A DNA stretch of 64,000 bases from Candidatus Aminicenantes bacterium. GTDB taxonomy: Bacteria > Acidobacteriota > Aminicenantia > Aminicenantales > Aminicenantaceae. A model generated the notes under the pieces. That model ran no database searches and was not told the origin of the DNA. It worked only from the letters and a program-made list of their open reading frames with translations. A program made the translations under genes and the position numbers. The stretch is from NCBI GenBank assembly GCA_014727835.1, contig WJMT01000129.1:73618-137617 (forward strand), in the 5' to 3' direction. This document shows positions 1 to 9,266 of the stretch, in pieces. Every line of letters begins with the position of its first letter. The stretch's first letter is position 1.

Positions 1-105
1 TAAAGTACATCCCGGAAAATAACTTAATTTCATTATTTCTTTTCCTCATAATACTATGTATTTGAATTAATGTTATAAATCAAACAAAACCTATAACTCA
101 AACCG

Positions 106-513
106 CTACGATGTGAATTTTCTAAAACAGCTTATCAGTGCGATTGGAGGGACCTCTGCTTTTTCTTTATCGGTTAGTTTTTTGACTTCCACATGGTCTT
201 TCCTTTTGCGCAGGACGATCTGCCGGATGGCTTCGATGACTTCAGCGATATCGATCCCTTTGGGACAGCGAACATTACAGGTCATACAGGATGCGCATAT
301 CCAAATGGATTTTGATTCTGTAAGCTCTTGTCCCATTCCCAGTTGGGCGAAGCGAATGATTTGATTGGGGAGAATATCCATTTGATCTACAGAAGGACAT
401 CCTGCAGAGCATTTGCCGCATTGGTAGCAAGCGAGCAGGTTCTGCCCGCTCAGTTCTTCGATTTTGGCAACGAAAGGGCTGTGAATCTGTTGGCGGGTGA
501 TATTTGTTCTCAT
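106..513 (-). CDS. 4Fe-4S dicluster protein, heterodisulfide reductase subunit C (HdrC)-like
   Basis: Two Cys clusters, CxxCxxCxxxCP (CYQCGKCSAGCP) and CxxCxxCxxxCP (CASCMTCNVRCP). Size about 135 aa, typical of HdrC/SdhC-type ferredoxin domains. Confidence 0.65.
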   Translation of the reverse strand: MRTNITRQQIHSPFVAKIEELSGQNLLACYQCGKCSAGCPSVDQMDILPNQIIRFAQLGMGQELTESKSIWICASCMTCNVRCPKGIDIAEVIEAIRQIVLRKRKDHVEVKKLTDKEKAEVPPIALISCFRKFTS

Positions 514-616
514 ATCATTTTCCTTCCATTAAGAGAAACAACTCGTTTGTGAAGGTATATATTTTATCAAAATAAGACTTTACAGTGAAGCATAATTGAA
601 AGATTGTGTCAAGAAA

Positions 617-2815
617 TTATCTAAAAAATGTGGGTTCAGAGAAATTTTGACGTTGACCCCATATCAGTAGAAGAAAACAGAAGGAACCGGCCAGAATCAA
701 ATATTGAATAATGTGAGGAAGACCCACAAGAGGGATCAGGATAGATGAGAGAAGAAGAGCGCCTAAAAAGGAACCCAAAAGGTCAATCCCGTAACCCAGG
801 CCGTAATTTAAATTTTTCTTAAGATACAGCTGGTTGGATATAATAAACATCTCTCCCCCCACGCTTCCCATAAGAACAAGAAAAAGGAAAAAAAACAGTT
901 GAGGAGGGGAGTGCTTAAGGGAAAAAAGAAGTCCGATCAAAAGGACCAGAGATTGAAATTGAATGATGATCAGATGCTTGATATCAATATTTTTCATTCT
1001 GGTCCCGATCCATGCCCCCAGTGCCATTCCTGCCATAAAACAAGCGAACAGAAGAGAAACACTCTGATAGAGATACCCGTATATGATTTGATAGGCGATG
1101 ATGACAATGATTTCTACAGCAATGGATGTCAGTCCGATAAGGGCCAGAGGAAAGAGATAGAACAGAGATGGCTTGTTTTTCAATGCGATGACAGACAAGA
1201 CAATCACAAATAAAAGAAGGGGAAAATCCAGGAGCCAGAAACGGCTGATTTGAGAAAGAAAAGAGAGCACCTTGGTTTCGATTCCTCTAAATTGCGTGCT
1301 TTGAAATAATGAATTGGTGAAATAAGAGATGGGATAAAGGTCTTTGTTGATCCGTTTTTCACCGATGGCAATCTTTTCTCTGAGGGATTCGATCCTCAGT
1401 GGAGATAAACGGGACATGAGAAGATAAGGTGAGACATAAGTGTTGTTCAGGTCCAGATCGATTATTTTCCGGCTGAGTCTCTCTGCATCCAGGGGGGGGA
1501 GACGAGAAGAGGCGAGAAAGATATTGGATGCTCCGGGAACAATGTTCACATCCTGGAAAACAGATTTCAGAGTGAAAAACAGACAGCTTAAAAAATCTTG
1601 GAGTTGAGGGCTGATGTAGTTTTCTGCTGAGGGCACTTGAAAGGAAAACACTCCGTTTTGGTTGAGTTTTTTTTGGATGATTTGGAAAAACTCTTGAGTG
1701 TAAAAACGGTTGAGCTGGACAGTCTCAGGGGGGGGGAGATTCAATATGATGATGTCGTAGGTGGTTTGAGTGTTTTTTAAAAACACTCTTCCGTCTTCAA
1801 AAAAAACCTGGATCCGGGGATGGCCGGTGAGAAGTTTTTTTGCCTCCGGGAGGTGGGACAGCGACATGCGGATGATCTCTGGGTCCAGCTCGACATAATG
1901 GATCTGAGTCAGCGGGTATTTCAATATTTGTTGAAGGCTTCCAGCCAGGCCTCCTCCGATCAAAAGGACTTTTTCTGCCTTGGGATTCTGAAGAAGTGTG
2001 AAATGGACAGCCTCTTCAGCTGCAGCCAGATTGGGATAAGAATAGACTTTGGAGTGATTGTTATACAGAGTCTTCTGTTCCTTGGTTTGGACCATCTGGA
2101 TTTTTCCATAGGGAGAGTCTTTGGATGCTGTAAGGACAAAAGGCTCCCAATACAGCTTCTGGGTGGCTGAGTCAGTGGTCCATAAAACGGTTGCTGTCAA
2201 CAGCACCAGCATTAGGGGAAAGATATGTTTTTTATTGAAGGAAATCATAAAAATGATAACCGCGGACACAGCGCTGATCAGGCCGGCTGCTTTCCAATTG
2301 GAAAGTGTAGGAATCAAAGCGAAATAGACAAGGAGACCCCCCAATGCCGAGCCTATGGATTCCATCAGATAAACAGTGGAGAGATGGCCCTTCAGAAATT
2401 TGGTGTTGAAAACAAAGAGAACTCCTAGCGGAAAGCACACCAGAAAAGTGACCAACAGTGCGGATAGGATCATGGGCAAAATTCCCATGATTTCTCCGGG
2501 GCCGGCATGGAATAAAAACCGGATGAACCTTAGGCCGAGAAAACACCAGGGGGCAATGAAAATCACCCCAAAGTAAAGCCAAAGAAACCTTTTGATAGAG
2601 TATTGAAACACAGAGCCGAATAAGCTTCCCATTCCGGTCCAGAACAGCCATGCTCCCAACAGGATTCCAAAAGTGATCTCATTGCCTGCAAACATGACTG
2701 AAAACTCTCTGAGCAGTAAAACTTGAAGGGAGAGAGCCAGGAATCCGAGAATCAGAGAAGGAATCCTGTGTAAAGGTTTGTGTTTGGTTTTATCTTGAAG
2801 ATCATTCATACACAA
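617..2815 (-). CDS. Polytopic membrane protein fused to a spermidine-synthase-like (aminopropyltransferase) domain
   Basis: 732 aa with many N-terminal TM helices. Central Rossmann motif LLIGGGLAGS followed by a VELDPEI-type spermidine synthase signature. This fused MFS-like/spermidine synthase architecture is established. Confidence 0.7.
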   Translation of the reverse strand: MCMNDLQDKTKHKPLHRIPSLILGFLALSLQVLLLREFSVMFAGNEITFGILLGAWLFWTGMGSLFGSVFQYSIKRFLWLYFGVIFIAPWCFLGLRFIRFLFHAGPGEIMGILPMILSALLVTFLVCFPLGVLFVFNTKFLKGHLSTVYLMESIGSALGGLLVYFALIPTLSNWKAAGLISAVSAVIIFMISFNKKHIFPLMLVLLTATVLWTTDSATQKLYWEPFVLTASKDSPYGKIQMVQTKEQKTLYNNHSKVYSYPNLAAAEEAVHFTLLQNPKAEKVLLIGGGLAGSLQQILKYPLTQIHYVELDPEIIRMSLSHLPEAKKLLTGHPRIQVFFEDGRVFLKNTQTTYDIIILNLPPPETVQLNRFYTQEFFQIIQKKLNQNGVFSFQVPSAENYISPQLQDFLSCLFFTLKSVFQDVNIVPGASNIFLASSRLPPLDAERLSRKIIDLDLNNTYVSPYLLMSRLSPLRIESLREKIAIGEKRINKDLYPISYFTNSLFQSTQFRGIETKVLSFLSQISRFWLLDFPLLLFVIVLSVIALKNKPSLFYLFPLALIGLTSIAVEIIVIIAYQIIYGYLYQSVSLLFACFMAGMALGAWIGTRMKNIDIKHLIIIQFQSLVLLIGLLFSLKHSPPQLFFFLFLVLMGSVGGEMFIISNQLYLKKNLNYGLGYGIDLLGSFLGALLLSSILIPLVGLPHIIQYLILAGSFCFLLLIWGQRQNFSEPTFFR

Positions 2816-2818
2816 ACA

Positions 2819-3940
2819 TTAAGACCAGAGTCCTGGGATTTGAAGTCCGCAAAAATCACAGCGGCCGTCAGTGATATGGATATTTTCTATGAGATACCCC
2901 AAACGTTTCACAATGGTATTTTTGCACTGGGGACAAATGGTGTTTTCTCCTTCATGTCCTGGAATATTGCCGATATACACATAATGGAGGCCTTGCTGCT
3001 GGGCAGTGTGTTTGAGTTTTTCCATGGTGGATATGGGAGTAGGGGGAAGGTTTTTCATCAGATAGGAAGGATAGAATCGGGAGAAATGGAGAGGGATGTC
3101 CGGTCCGATTTCTTTTTGGATCCACTGGCACATCCGTCGGATTTCTGAGACCTTGTCATTGAGAGTGGGGATGACCAAATACACGATCTCCAGCCAAGCC
3201 TGACTCTGAGAAGCCGTGACAATGGCATCCAGAACAGGTTGAAGCTCTCCCCGGACATATTTGGTGTAGAAGTCTTGATCAAAAGCTTTGAGGTCTATCT
3301 TAACACCATCCAGAACTTTGAGGAGGTCTTCAAAAGGCTCTGGATTGATATGAGCTCCGGTGACCATGACATTTTTGATTCCTTTGTTCCGGGCTTTGAC
3401 ACAAGTGTCATACATGTATTCATAAAACACCACGGGTTCAGAGTAGGTGTAGGCAATGCTGGGACAGTTGTTCTTTTGAGCAGATCTGACTACAGATTCA
3501 GGGGGCAGATCTATATGCGTGATCTGTTCTGGCCGGACTTGGGAGATCTCCCAATTCTGACAGAATTTGCAGTTGACATTGCATCCCGCCGAAGCGATGG
3601 ACAGGGCCCCAGTCTGGGGGAGGAAATGAAACAAAGGCTTTTTTTCTATGGGATCCACATGCACGGCACAGGCTTTGCCATAAACTAACGTGTAGTAAGT
3701 CCCCCCTCTGTTCTCACGGACGCCGCAATAGCCCCTTTCCTTGTCACCCAATTTACAGAATCGGGGGCAGAGACGGCATTCGATTTCTCTGTCAGCGAGT
3801 TTCTGATAATACTTGGCCTCGACTTGAGAAAGGTTAGAAGTGTTGGAAAACGCATACAAGTCGGATGTGAGAGGAAGAAGGCGTTTTTTGGGAGAGAGTC
3901 CCATGGCCGCAGAAAACTTTAAAAAATGGCGTCTTTTCAT
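2819..3940 (-). CDS. Radical SAM enzyme of the AmmeMemoRadiSam (AmrS) / PFL-activating-like family, with a twin-arginine-like N-terminus
   Basis: CNVNCKFC CxxxCxxC motif. N-terminal YYxKL...CxLCPxxC...GxCGVRENRxGxxYxLVYG block is characteristic of AmrS-type radical SAM proteins. N-terminus MKRRHFLKFSAAMGL resembles a TAT signal. Confidence 0.7.
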   Translation of the reverse strand: MKRRHFLKFSAAMGLSPKKRLLPLTSDLYAFSNTSNLSQVEAKYYQKLADREIECRLCPRFCKLGDKERGYCGVRENRGGTYYTLVYGKACAVHVDPIEKKPLFHFLPQTGALSIASAGCNVNCKFCQNWEISQVRPEQITHIDLPPESVVRSAQKNNCPSIAYTYSEPVVFYEYMYDTCVKARNKGIKNVMVTGAHINPEPFEDLLKVLDGVKIDLKAFDQDFYTKYVRGELQPVLDAIVTASQSQAWLEIVYLVIPTLNDKVSEIRRMCQWIQKEIGPDIPLHFSRFYPSYLMKNLPPTPISTMEKLKHTAQQQGLHYVYIGNIPGHEGENTICPQCKNTIVKRLGYLIENIHITDGRCDFCGLQIPGLWS

Positions 3941-4851
3941 CAGATTTCCTTTTTGATGATACGAATATTTAATGATTCAGCAAAACCCAGACCCAACCGA
4001 GCAGCAGTATTGATATAAACAGGTTCTCTTTGTTCTTCTGATAGAGTGGGAAGTCCGTGCTGTTTTCTGAGTTTTTCAATGAGCATCCAGCTGGAATAGT
4101 CGGCGGCTACCGGATCTGTGCTCATGATCAAAGCCCCATAATCTTCGGCCCATTGGGAATGAAAAGCAGGTCCTTTGTGGAACTGAACGGTCAGGGCATC
4201 GATCACAGTGAGTCTGTGTTTTGTCTTGATCACAGGTGTATCAAAGAGATCTGCAACAAAGGGATCGCAGTTGAAGTCATGATATTTATTGGGATTGTGT
4301 ATGGAGCCAAAATAATTTTTCATTCCTGCTGTGATCCCGGCCAGACCATGGTCTTTGAGAATAGCCATGCTGATCGACTGAGAGATGAGACGAGACTGAA
4401 TCACAGAAAAACGGCTGCCGATACTTCGGTGAGCAGTCAGGTTTTTGTCATAACCGACGGCATTGGAATCTGTTCCAAAAATATTTATCCCACTCTGGTT
4501 TATTTTCAGGCTGTAGCCTGCGCTTCGCAGTTCACGGTTTGTCCGGTCCCAGATGATGATATTTTTCTCTCGAATGCCTCCTTTTGTCAGATGACGGGCG
4601 AGACAAAGAGAGACTTCGGGTCTGGTGGAAATTTGCCTCCCGCCTATGGTGTTGATTTTGATCCCGATTTTGGTTCGGGTATCAAACAGTGTTTTGATGC
4701 TGTCTGTGATGGTTTGTGCGCCGGTTAACAATTCAAATCCTTTTTGGAATAAACGGGTCAGTTGAACCGAATTGATATCTCTGTTGGAGTCAAAAAGATC
4801 TTTTGCCCGGATTATGATGACCTGAGAGCTCATGTGTATTAAAAAATACAA
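3940..4851 (-). CDS. DUF362-like protein
   Basis: 303 aa. N-terminal pattern VIIIRAKD...KIGIKINT...TRPEV...IIIWDR resembles DUF362 family proteins. Overlaps the upstream radical SAM gene by 1 nt, suggesting an operon. Confidence 0.5.
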   Translation of the reverse strand: MYFLIHMSSQVIIIRAKDLFDSNRDINSVQLTRLFQKGFELLTGAQTITDSIKTLFDTRTKIGIKINTIGGRQISTRPEVSLCLARHLTKGGIREKNIIIWDRTNRELRSAGYSLKINQSGINIFGTDSNAVGYDKNLTAHRSIGSRFSVIQSRLISQSISMAILKDHGLAGITAGMKNYFGSIHNPNKYHDFNCDPFVADLFDTPVIKTKHRLTVIDALTVQFHKGPAFHSQWAEDYGALIMSTDPVAADYSSWMLIEKLRKQHGLPTLSEEQREPVYINTAARLGLGFAESLNIRIIKKEI

Positions 4852-4930
4852 TCAAACCTGATTATTGTCAATTGACCCTCATATGATTTATACTTAATAT
4901 TAGAAAAAATATTTGCTTGGAGAATAGGAA

Positions 4931-5839
4931 ATGAATCACAACAAAAATCAAATCACATATTTTGTCACGGCTTTGAGTCTTTTGCTTTGGGTTGTCTTGG
5001 GTCCTCTTTTCAGTGGACCGACAAATGAGTTGAAAAGTCTGCTGCCCAAATTTGATTCCTGGGATATGAAAGAAACATCTCAAACCTATCATCCTGAAAA
5101 TCTTTTTGAGTATATCAACGGAGCTGCAGAAAGCTATCATTCTTATGAATTTATCGAACTTGTGGTGGCCGAGTACATTCACAAAGACCAGGAAGGTGAA
5201 GTGATTGTCGAGATCTATGATATGGGGAAGCCGGACCATGCCTTTGGTATTTACAGTTCCGAAAGATATCCGGACAGCAACTTCATCACAATCGGAACCC
5301 AAGGATATTTGGAACAAGGGACCTTGAATTTTCTGGTGGGCCGGTATTATGTGAAGCTCATGTGTTTTGAATGCGGAGATGAATCCGGCCATTATTTGAG
5401 GGCATTTGCAGAAAGCATTTCCCAAAAAGTGTCTGGTGACCATGCTTTTCCCGAACAGGTCAAAGTCTTTCCAGATCAAGGGTTGATCCCCTATTCAGAA
5501 AAATTCGTTCTGGTCAATTATCTGGGATATGATTTCCTTCATTCCGGTTATGCGGCTGATTATCAATGGGAAGGAAATGAGTTCAGCTGCTTTCTTATTG
5601 CTGGAGATGATGAGCAGGACAGCAAACAGATGTTGGATCTTTTCCTTGAAGCAAAAAAAGAACAAGAGATCAAAAAGACATCTTATGGTTATCATATAAA
5701 AGACCGGTATTATGACAATATATTGATTGCTCGAAAGGGGGCCACTCTTTGTGGTGTGATGGAAGTGAAAGATTCTTTCATGGATAAAGGGATCCTTTAT
5801 TTGGAGAATATGATAAAGAACTCGACCCTGCTTTTTTAG
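4931..5839 (+). CDS. Hypothetical exported/membrane-anchored protein
   Basis: 302 aa with an N-terminal hydrophobic segment (FVTALSLLLWVVLGPLF). GGAG RBS upstream. Chosen over the antisense shadow ORF 4868..5479. Confidence 0.5.
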   Translation: MNHNKNQITYFVTALSLLLWVVLGPLFSGPTNELKSLLPKFDSWDMKETSQTYHPENLFEYINGAAESYHSYEFIELVVAEYIHKDQEGEVIVEIYDMGKPDHAFGIYSSERYPDSNFITIGTQGYLEQGTLNFLVGRYYVKLMCFECGDESGHYLRAFAESISQKVSGDHAFPEQVKVFPDQGLIPYSEKFVLVNYLGYDFLHSGYAADYQWEGNEFSCFLIAGDDEQDSKQMLDLFLEAKKEQEIKKTSYGYHIKDRYYDNILIARKGATLCGVMEVKDSFMDKGILYLENMIKNSTLLF

Positions 5840-5897
5840 GTCCCGATTTCCTAGAAAGTTCCTTGAATCTCACTCACTGGTTTTTGTGCCCTAAGGA

Positions 5898-6836
5898 TTA
5901 TGCTGTTTTTTCTTTGATCAAGGCGACAGATTTGTTTCGTCCTTGTTTTTTGGCATCCATCAAAGCATCATCACTGGCTTTGACCAATTCTTCACAGGAT
6001 ATGGACGGAAAGTTTTCCGAACAAGAGGCGCCCACACTCACTGTTATATTGAGGGAACCCTTTTCAGTATTGATTTTTTTACTGCAAATCGATTCTCTCA
6101 ATCTTTCAGCAACCGACTTGATTTGCTTGTTCCCACATCTGGGGAAAACCGCAATGAATTCATCCCCTCCGTAACGGCCGATTTTATCATACCGGCGCAT
6201 GGAATTCTTTAAACGGATGGCTACTTTTTTCAGAACCTGATCTCCGACCAGATGGCCGTGAGTGTCGTTTATTTTTTTAAAATTGTCAATATCAATCATC
6301 AGCAGTCCGATGATTTCTCCATATCTTCCTTCTCTCTCCATTTCCTCGCTTAAAAAGTCCAAAAGTTTATTCCGGCTCCATAATTGAGTCAGATTGTCAG
6401 TGGAAGCCCGTTCGCGTTCTTTATCTTGTGTCAGGATGATCCGTTCAGCATTTTTCAGCCTCACTCTCAGTTCCATATTATCAAAGGGTTTGGTGATGTA
6501 GTCGTCAGCGCCTGCTGTGAGACCTTTTATGATTTCTTCCTGGCGGTCTTTTCCTGTGAGCAGTATGATGTAGACGAAAATATTGTTTTTTTCCTTGGAG
6601 ATCTGGCGCATTTTTTTACACAGTTCGATTCCATCCATACCCGGCATTTCCCAATCAAGAATGGCGATTCGGAAGCAATTGCTTTGATGAGTCCGAATGT
6701 TTTCTACATTGTTTTTAAAGATTTCCCAGGCTTTTTTCCCATCATGTATTATGGTGGACTCGTATCCCCATTTGTCTAAATATTCTTCCATAACCTTGCT
6801 TGATAAGATATCGTCTTCAGCAACAAGTACTTTCAT
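5898..6836 (-). CDS. Response regulator receiver + GGDEF diguanylate cyclase (PleD-like)
   Basis: N-terminal REC domain (KVLVAEDD...DWEMPGMDG). C-terminal GGDEF with RYGGDEF active-site motif. Confidence 0.85.
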   Translation of the reverse strand: MKVLVAEDDILSSKVMEEYLDKWGYESTIIHDGKKAWEIFKNNVENIRTHQSNCFRIAILDWEMPGMDGIELCKKMRQISKEKNNIFVYIILLTGKDRQEEIIKGLTAGADDYITKPFDNMELRVRLKNAERIILTQDKERERASTDNLTQLWSRNKLLDFLSEEMEREGRYGEIIGLLMIDIDNFKKINDTHGHLVGDQVLKKVAIRLKNSMRRYDKIGRYGGDEFIAVFPRCGNKQIKSVAERLRESICSKKINTEKGSLNITVSVGASCSENFPSISCEELVKASDDALMDAKKQGRNKSVALIKEKTA

Positions 6837-6979
6837 CAGATAATTGAATCCCTTCCTATTTTTTGGATATCAATATAACATCATTTTAAGTTCAATCCAA
6901 AAGAAATGTCAATATCCTTTTATGGCTGGAATTGTTTTGAGTTTTTTTTTATAATAAAAATGAACTGTCGGGGAGTCGA

Positions 6980-8002
6980 ATGGAAGATAATAAAATCACC
7001 ACCGTGTCGTTAGTGGTCATTGTTATTTTTATTGTGGGAGTGGTGCTGCGTCTTGCCAAGCCAGTGCTGTTTCCGTTCTTCCTTGCCATCTTTCTTTCTT
7101 TTATCCTTTACCCGGCTTTGGATTTTCTCACTAGAATAAAAATACCTCGAATCATCTCCATCATATTCATTCTTCTGTTCACTTTCTTCATTTTGTACTT
7201 GCTGGGCACTCTTTTTTATTCAACAGGGAAGGCATTTGCTGCAGAATTTCCAAAATATGGAGAGAAGATGAACGAGATTTTGACTTCTCTTTTTGAGAGA
7301 CTCAATCTCCCTCAATTCAAAATCGAGACATCTGACTGGGCAGGGGAACTGAATTTGGACCGTATTGGAAAGATACTTGGCTCCTCCTTAGGGCCGTTTT
7401 TTTCTTTTCTGTCCAATCTTTTTTTGGTCCTGATTTTTTTGGTTTTTATTTTGGCAGGAAGAGGGAGAGTCAAACAAAAGATTCAGAAATATCTGGATAA
7501 AAAAAGAGCTGAAAAAGCAAATAGTGTGATTGTGAATATTGACCGGCAAGTCCAAAGATATTTGGTCATCAAAACCATTGTCAGCTTTTTTACAGGCGTT
7601 TTTGCACTGGTGGTCCTGCTTTTTTTCGGAGTGGATTTTGCCATTATATTTGGATTTTTGACTTTTCTTCTCAACTACATCCCTAATATTGGCTCTTTCA
7701 TAGCCACAGCTCTTCCCTTTACCATTGCCGTATTCCAATTTGAAACCATATGGCCTGCATTTTGGATCCTGGTGCTCCTTACCACCATTCAGCTCATTAT
7801 GGCAAATATCATAGAGCCCCGGCTTATGGGTCATGGCTTGGGACTCAGTCCCCTGGTGGTCCTGTTTTTTCTTTTTTTCTGGGGATGGTTGTGGGGGCTC
7901 CCCGGAATGATATTGGCTGTTCCTATTGCGGCCATCATCAAAATTGTGTTCAACAATATACCAGGAATGCAGTTCATTGCCGCATTCATGAGTAAAGAGT
8001 GA
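6980..8002 (+). CDS. AI-2E family transporter (PerM/UPF0118)
   Basis: 340 aa with about 8 TM segments. Conserved C-terminal GxxG/PG-rich region (HGLGLSPLVVLFFLFFWGWLWGLPGMILAVPIAA), typical of the AI-2E family. Confidence 0.8.
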   Translation: MEDNKITTVSLVVIVIFIVGVVLRLAKPVLFPFFLAIFLSFILYPALDFLTRIKIPRIISIIFILLFTFFILYLLGTLFYSTGKAFAAEFPKYGEKMNEILTSLFERLNLPQFKIETSDWAGELNLDRIGKILGSSLGPFFSFLSNLFLVLIFLVFILAGRGRVKQKIQKYLDKKRAEKANSVIVNIDRQVQRYLVIKTIVSFFTGVFALVVLLFFGVDFAIIFGFLTFLLNYIPNIGSFIATALPFTIAVFQFETIWPAFWILVLLTTIQLIMANIIEPRLMGHGLGLSPLVVLFFLFFWGWLWGLPGMILAVPIAAIIKIVFNNIPGMQFIAAFMSKE

Positions 8003-8018
8003 TAAAATTCATCAGAAG

Positions 8019-8079
8019 GCTAAATCTTCAATGTTGCTTCAGCCACACCTGAATTTTATAGGGCTTGAGAGGTGTGGCT
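8019..8079. repeat. Dispersed intergenic repeat family F2 (copy 1), ending in an inverted-repeat hairpin agccacacct...aggtgtggct
   Basis: Core gctaaatcttcaatgtYgcttcagccMcacctgaattt also occurs at 20205..20259 and 62151..62190 (reverse orientation), and partially at 16966..17000. All copies are intergenic and this one follows the transporter stop codon. Confidence 0.5.
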
Positions 8080-8157
8080 TGTGCTCCCTGTGAAGCAAAA
8101 AAACTGGTCATCATCAATTTGTATGGGAATGCATACAGATTTGATGAATAACTGAAA

Positions 8158-8496
8158 TCAGCAGGTGAGATGAAAAGCCCCAAAAACCCGGCCTTGGGAC
8201 TGTTTTTCATTAAAAGTCTGGACCGCTTTTTTGCTTTTTTGAATGATCAACTCGATTCCTTTTTGTTTGGCATATTCTTTGACTTCAGAATCGACATTCA
8301 TCAATCCCATAAAGCCGGTTCCTACAATGAGTAACTCTGGTTTTTTGTCCAGAGTTTTTTGGATGTCTTTCAGACTCAAAACATGACCTGTTTCCCTCCA
8401 CCAATGGGATTGGATGCTGTCAGGCCCTATGATCAGGTCGTTGGTGTATGATTTCCCATCAATGACCATTTTGCCGAATTTGTAGGAATCAATCAT
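8158..8496 (-). CDS. Mth938-like domain protein
   Basis: 112 aa. Motif LLIVGTGFMG...GIELIIQ is typical of the MTH938/DUF498 fold. Overlaps the rnc stop by 8 nt. Confidence 0.65.
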   Translation of the reverse strand: MIDSYKFGKMVIDGKSYTNDLIIGPDSIQSHWWRETGHVLSLKDIQKTLDKKPELLIVGTGFMGLMNVDSEVKEYAKQKGIELIIQKSKKAVQTFNEKQSQGRVFGAFHLTC

Positions 8497-9223
8497 TTTT
8501 CTTTTCTAAAATAAAGGTATCAGACGTCAAGATCCTCAATTTTTTATTTAAAAGGTTTTTTATAGCTTTTTGTGCGGCTTTTTGTTCTGCTTCTTTTTTG
8601 GAAAGGCCAATGGCTTTTCCCAAAGACTGGCGCTGAGAGGAGACCTCCACAACAAATTTTTTATTGTGGTCAGGTCCTTTGGTCTTTATGGTCTTGTATA
8701 TGGGTTTGGGAAGACTTTCTTTCTGGAGATGCTCTTGCAGCGCGGATTTGTAATTGTTGATCAGAAAGTTGTCCATGTCTACTTTTTTGAAAAAGTGGCT
8801 GAAATGGGCTTCAAGAATGCGCGTGACTGTCTGTATCCCGCCATCCAGATAAAGAACAGCCACGAGGGCTTCAAACACACCGGCAAGGATGGTCTTTTTT
8901 TTTCTGCCTCCGCTTTTGATTTCTCCTTTTCCCAGCATGATCTTTTTGTGAAGTTTCATTTTTTTTGCGAAAAGGGCCAGGGCATTGGTGCTGGCAGCTG
9001 CGGATTTTAGTTTGGAGAGCTCTCCCTCAGAAAGTCCCTGAAAATTTTTATACAGGAAATCACACAAAATAAAACCCAGCACAGAATCCCCAAGGAATTC
9101 AAGGACTTCATTGTCCTGAATTTCTTCGGGGCTTTCATAAGCATAAGAGCTGTGAGTGAGAGCTTGACGCAGAAGGTCTTTGTTTTTAAATTGATATCCG
9201 ATTTTTTTTTCGAGTTTATTCAA
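8489..9223 (-). CDS. rnc: Ribonuclease III
   Basis: RNase III signature ERLEFLGDS (here LEFLGDSVLGF). C-terminal dsRBD. 244 aa. Confidence 0.9.
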   Translation of the reverse strand: MNKLEKKIGYQFKNKDLLRQALTHSSYAYESPEEIQDNEVLEFLGDSVLGFILCDFLYKNFQGLSEGELSKLKSAAASTNALALFAKKMKLHKKIMLGKGEIKSGGRKKKTILAGVFEALVAVLYLDGGIQTVTRILEAHFSHFFKKVDMDNFLINNYKSALQEHLQKESLPKPIYKTIKTKGPDHNKKFVVEVSSQRQSLGKAIGLSKKEAEQKAAQKAIKNLLNKKLRILTSDTFILEKKND

Positions 9224-9266
9224 ATTTCAATCCGTTGTGTTGATTTGGTTTCTCTATACGAGACGC

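Noticed and set aside
4868-5479. 203-aa minus-strand ORF overlapping the 302-aa plus-strand ORF 4931..5839
   Set aside because: It is an antisense shadow ORF with Cys/Phe-rich composition and no RBS. The plus-strand ORF has an RBS, a signal-like N-terminus and a coherent length.
7388-7834. 148-aa minus-strand ORF inside the AI-2E transporter gene
   Set aside because: It is antisense to a well-supported membrane transporter gene. The Lys/Gln-rich composition is typical of a shadow ORF on an AT-rich coding strand.
8028-8210. 60-aa minus-strand ORF between the AI-2E transporter and the Mth938 gene
   Set aside because: It overlaps the F2 hairpin repeat and the 3' end of the Mth938 gene. It has no supporting features.
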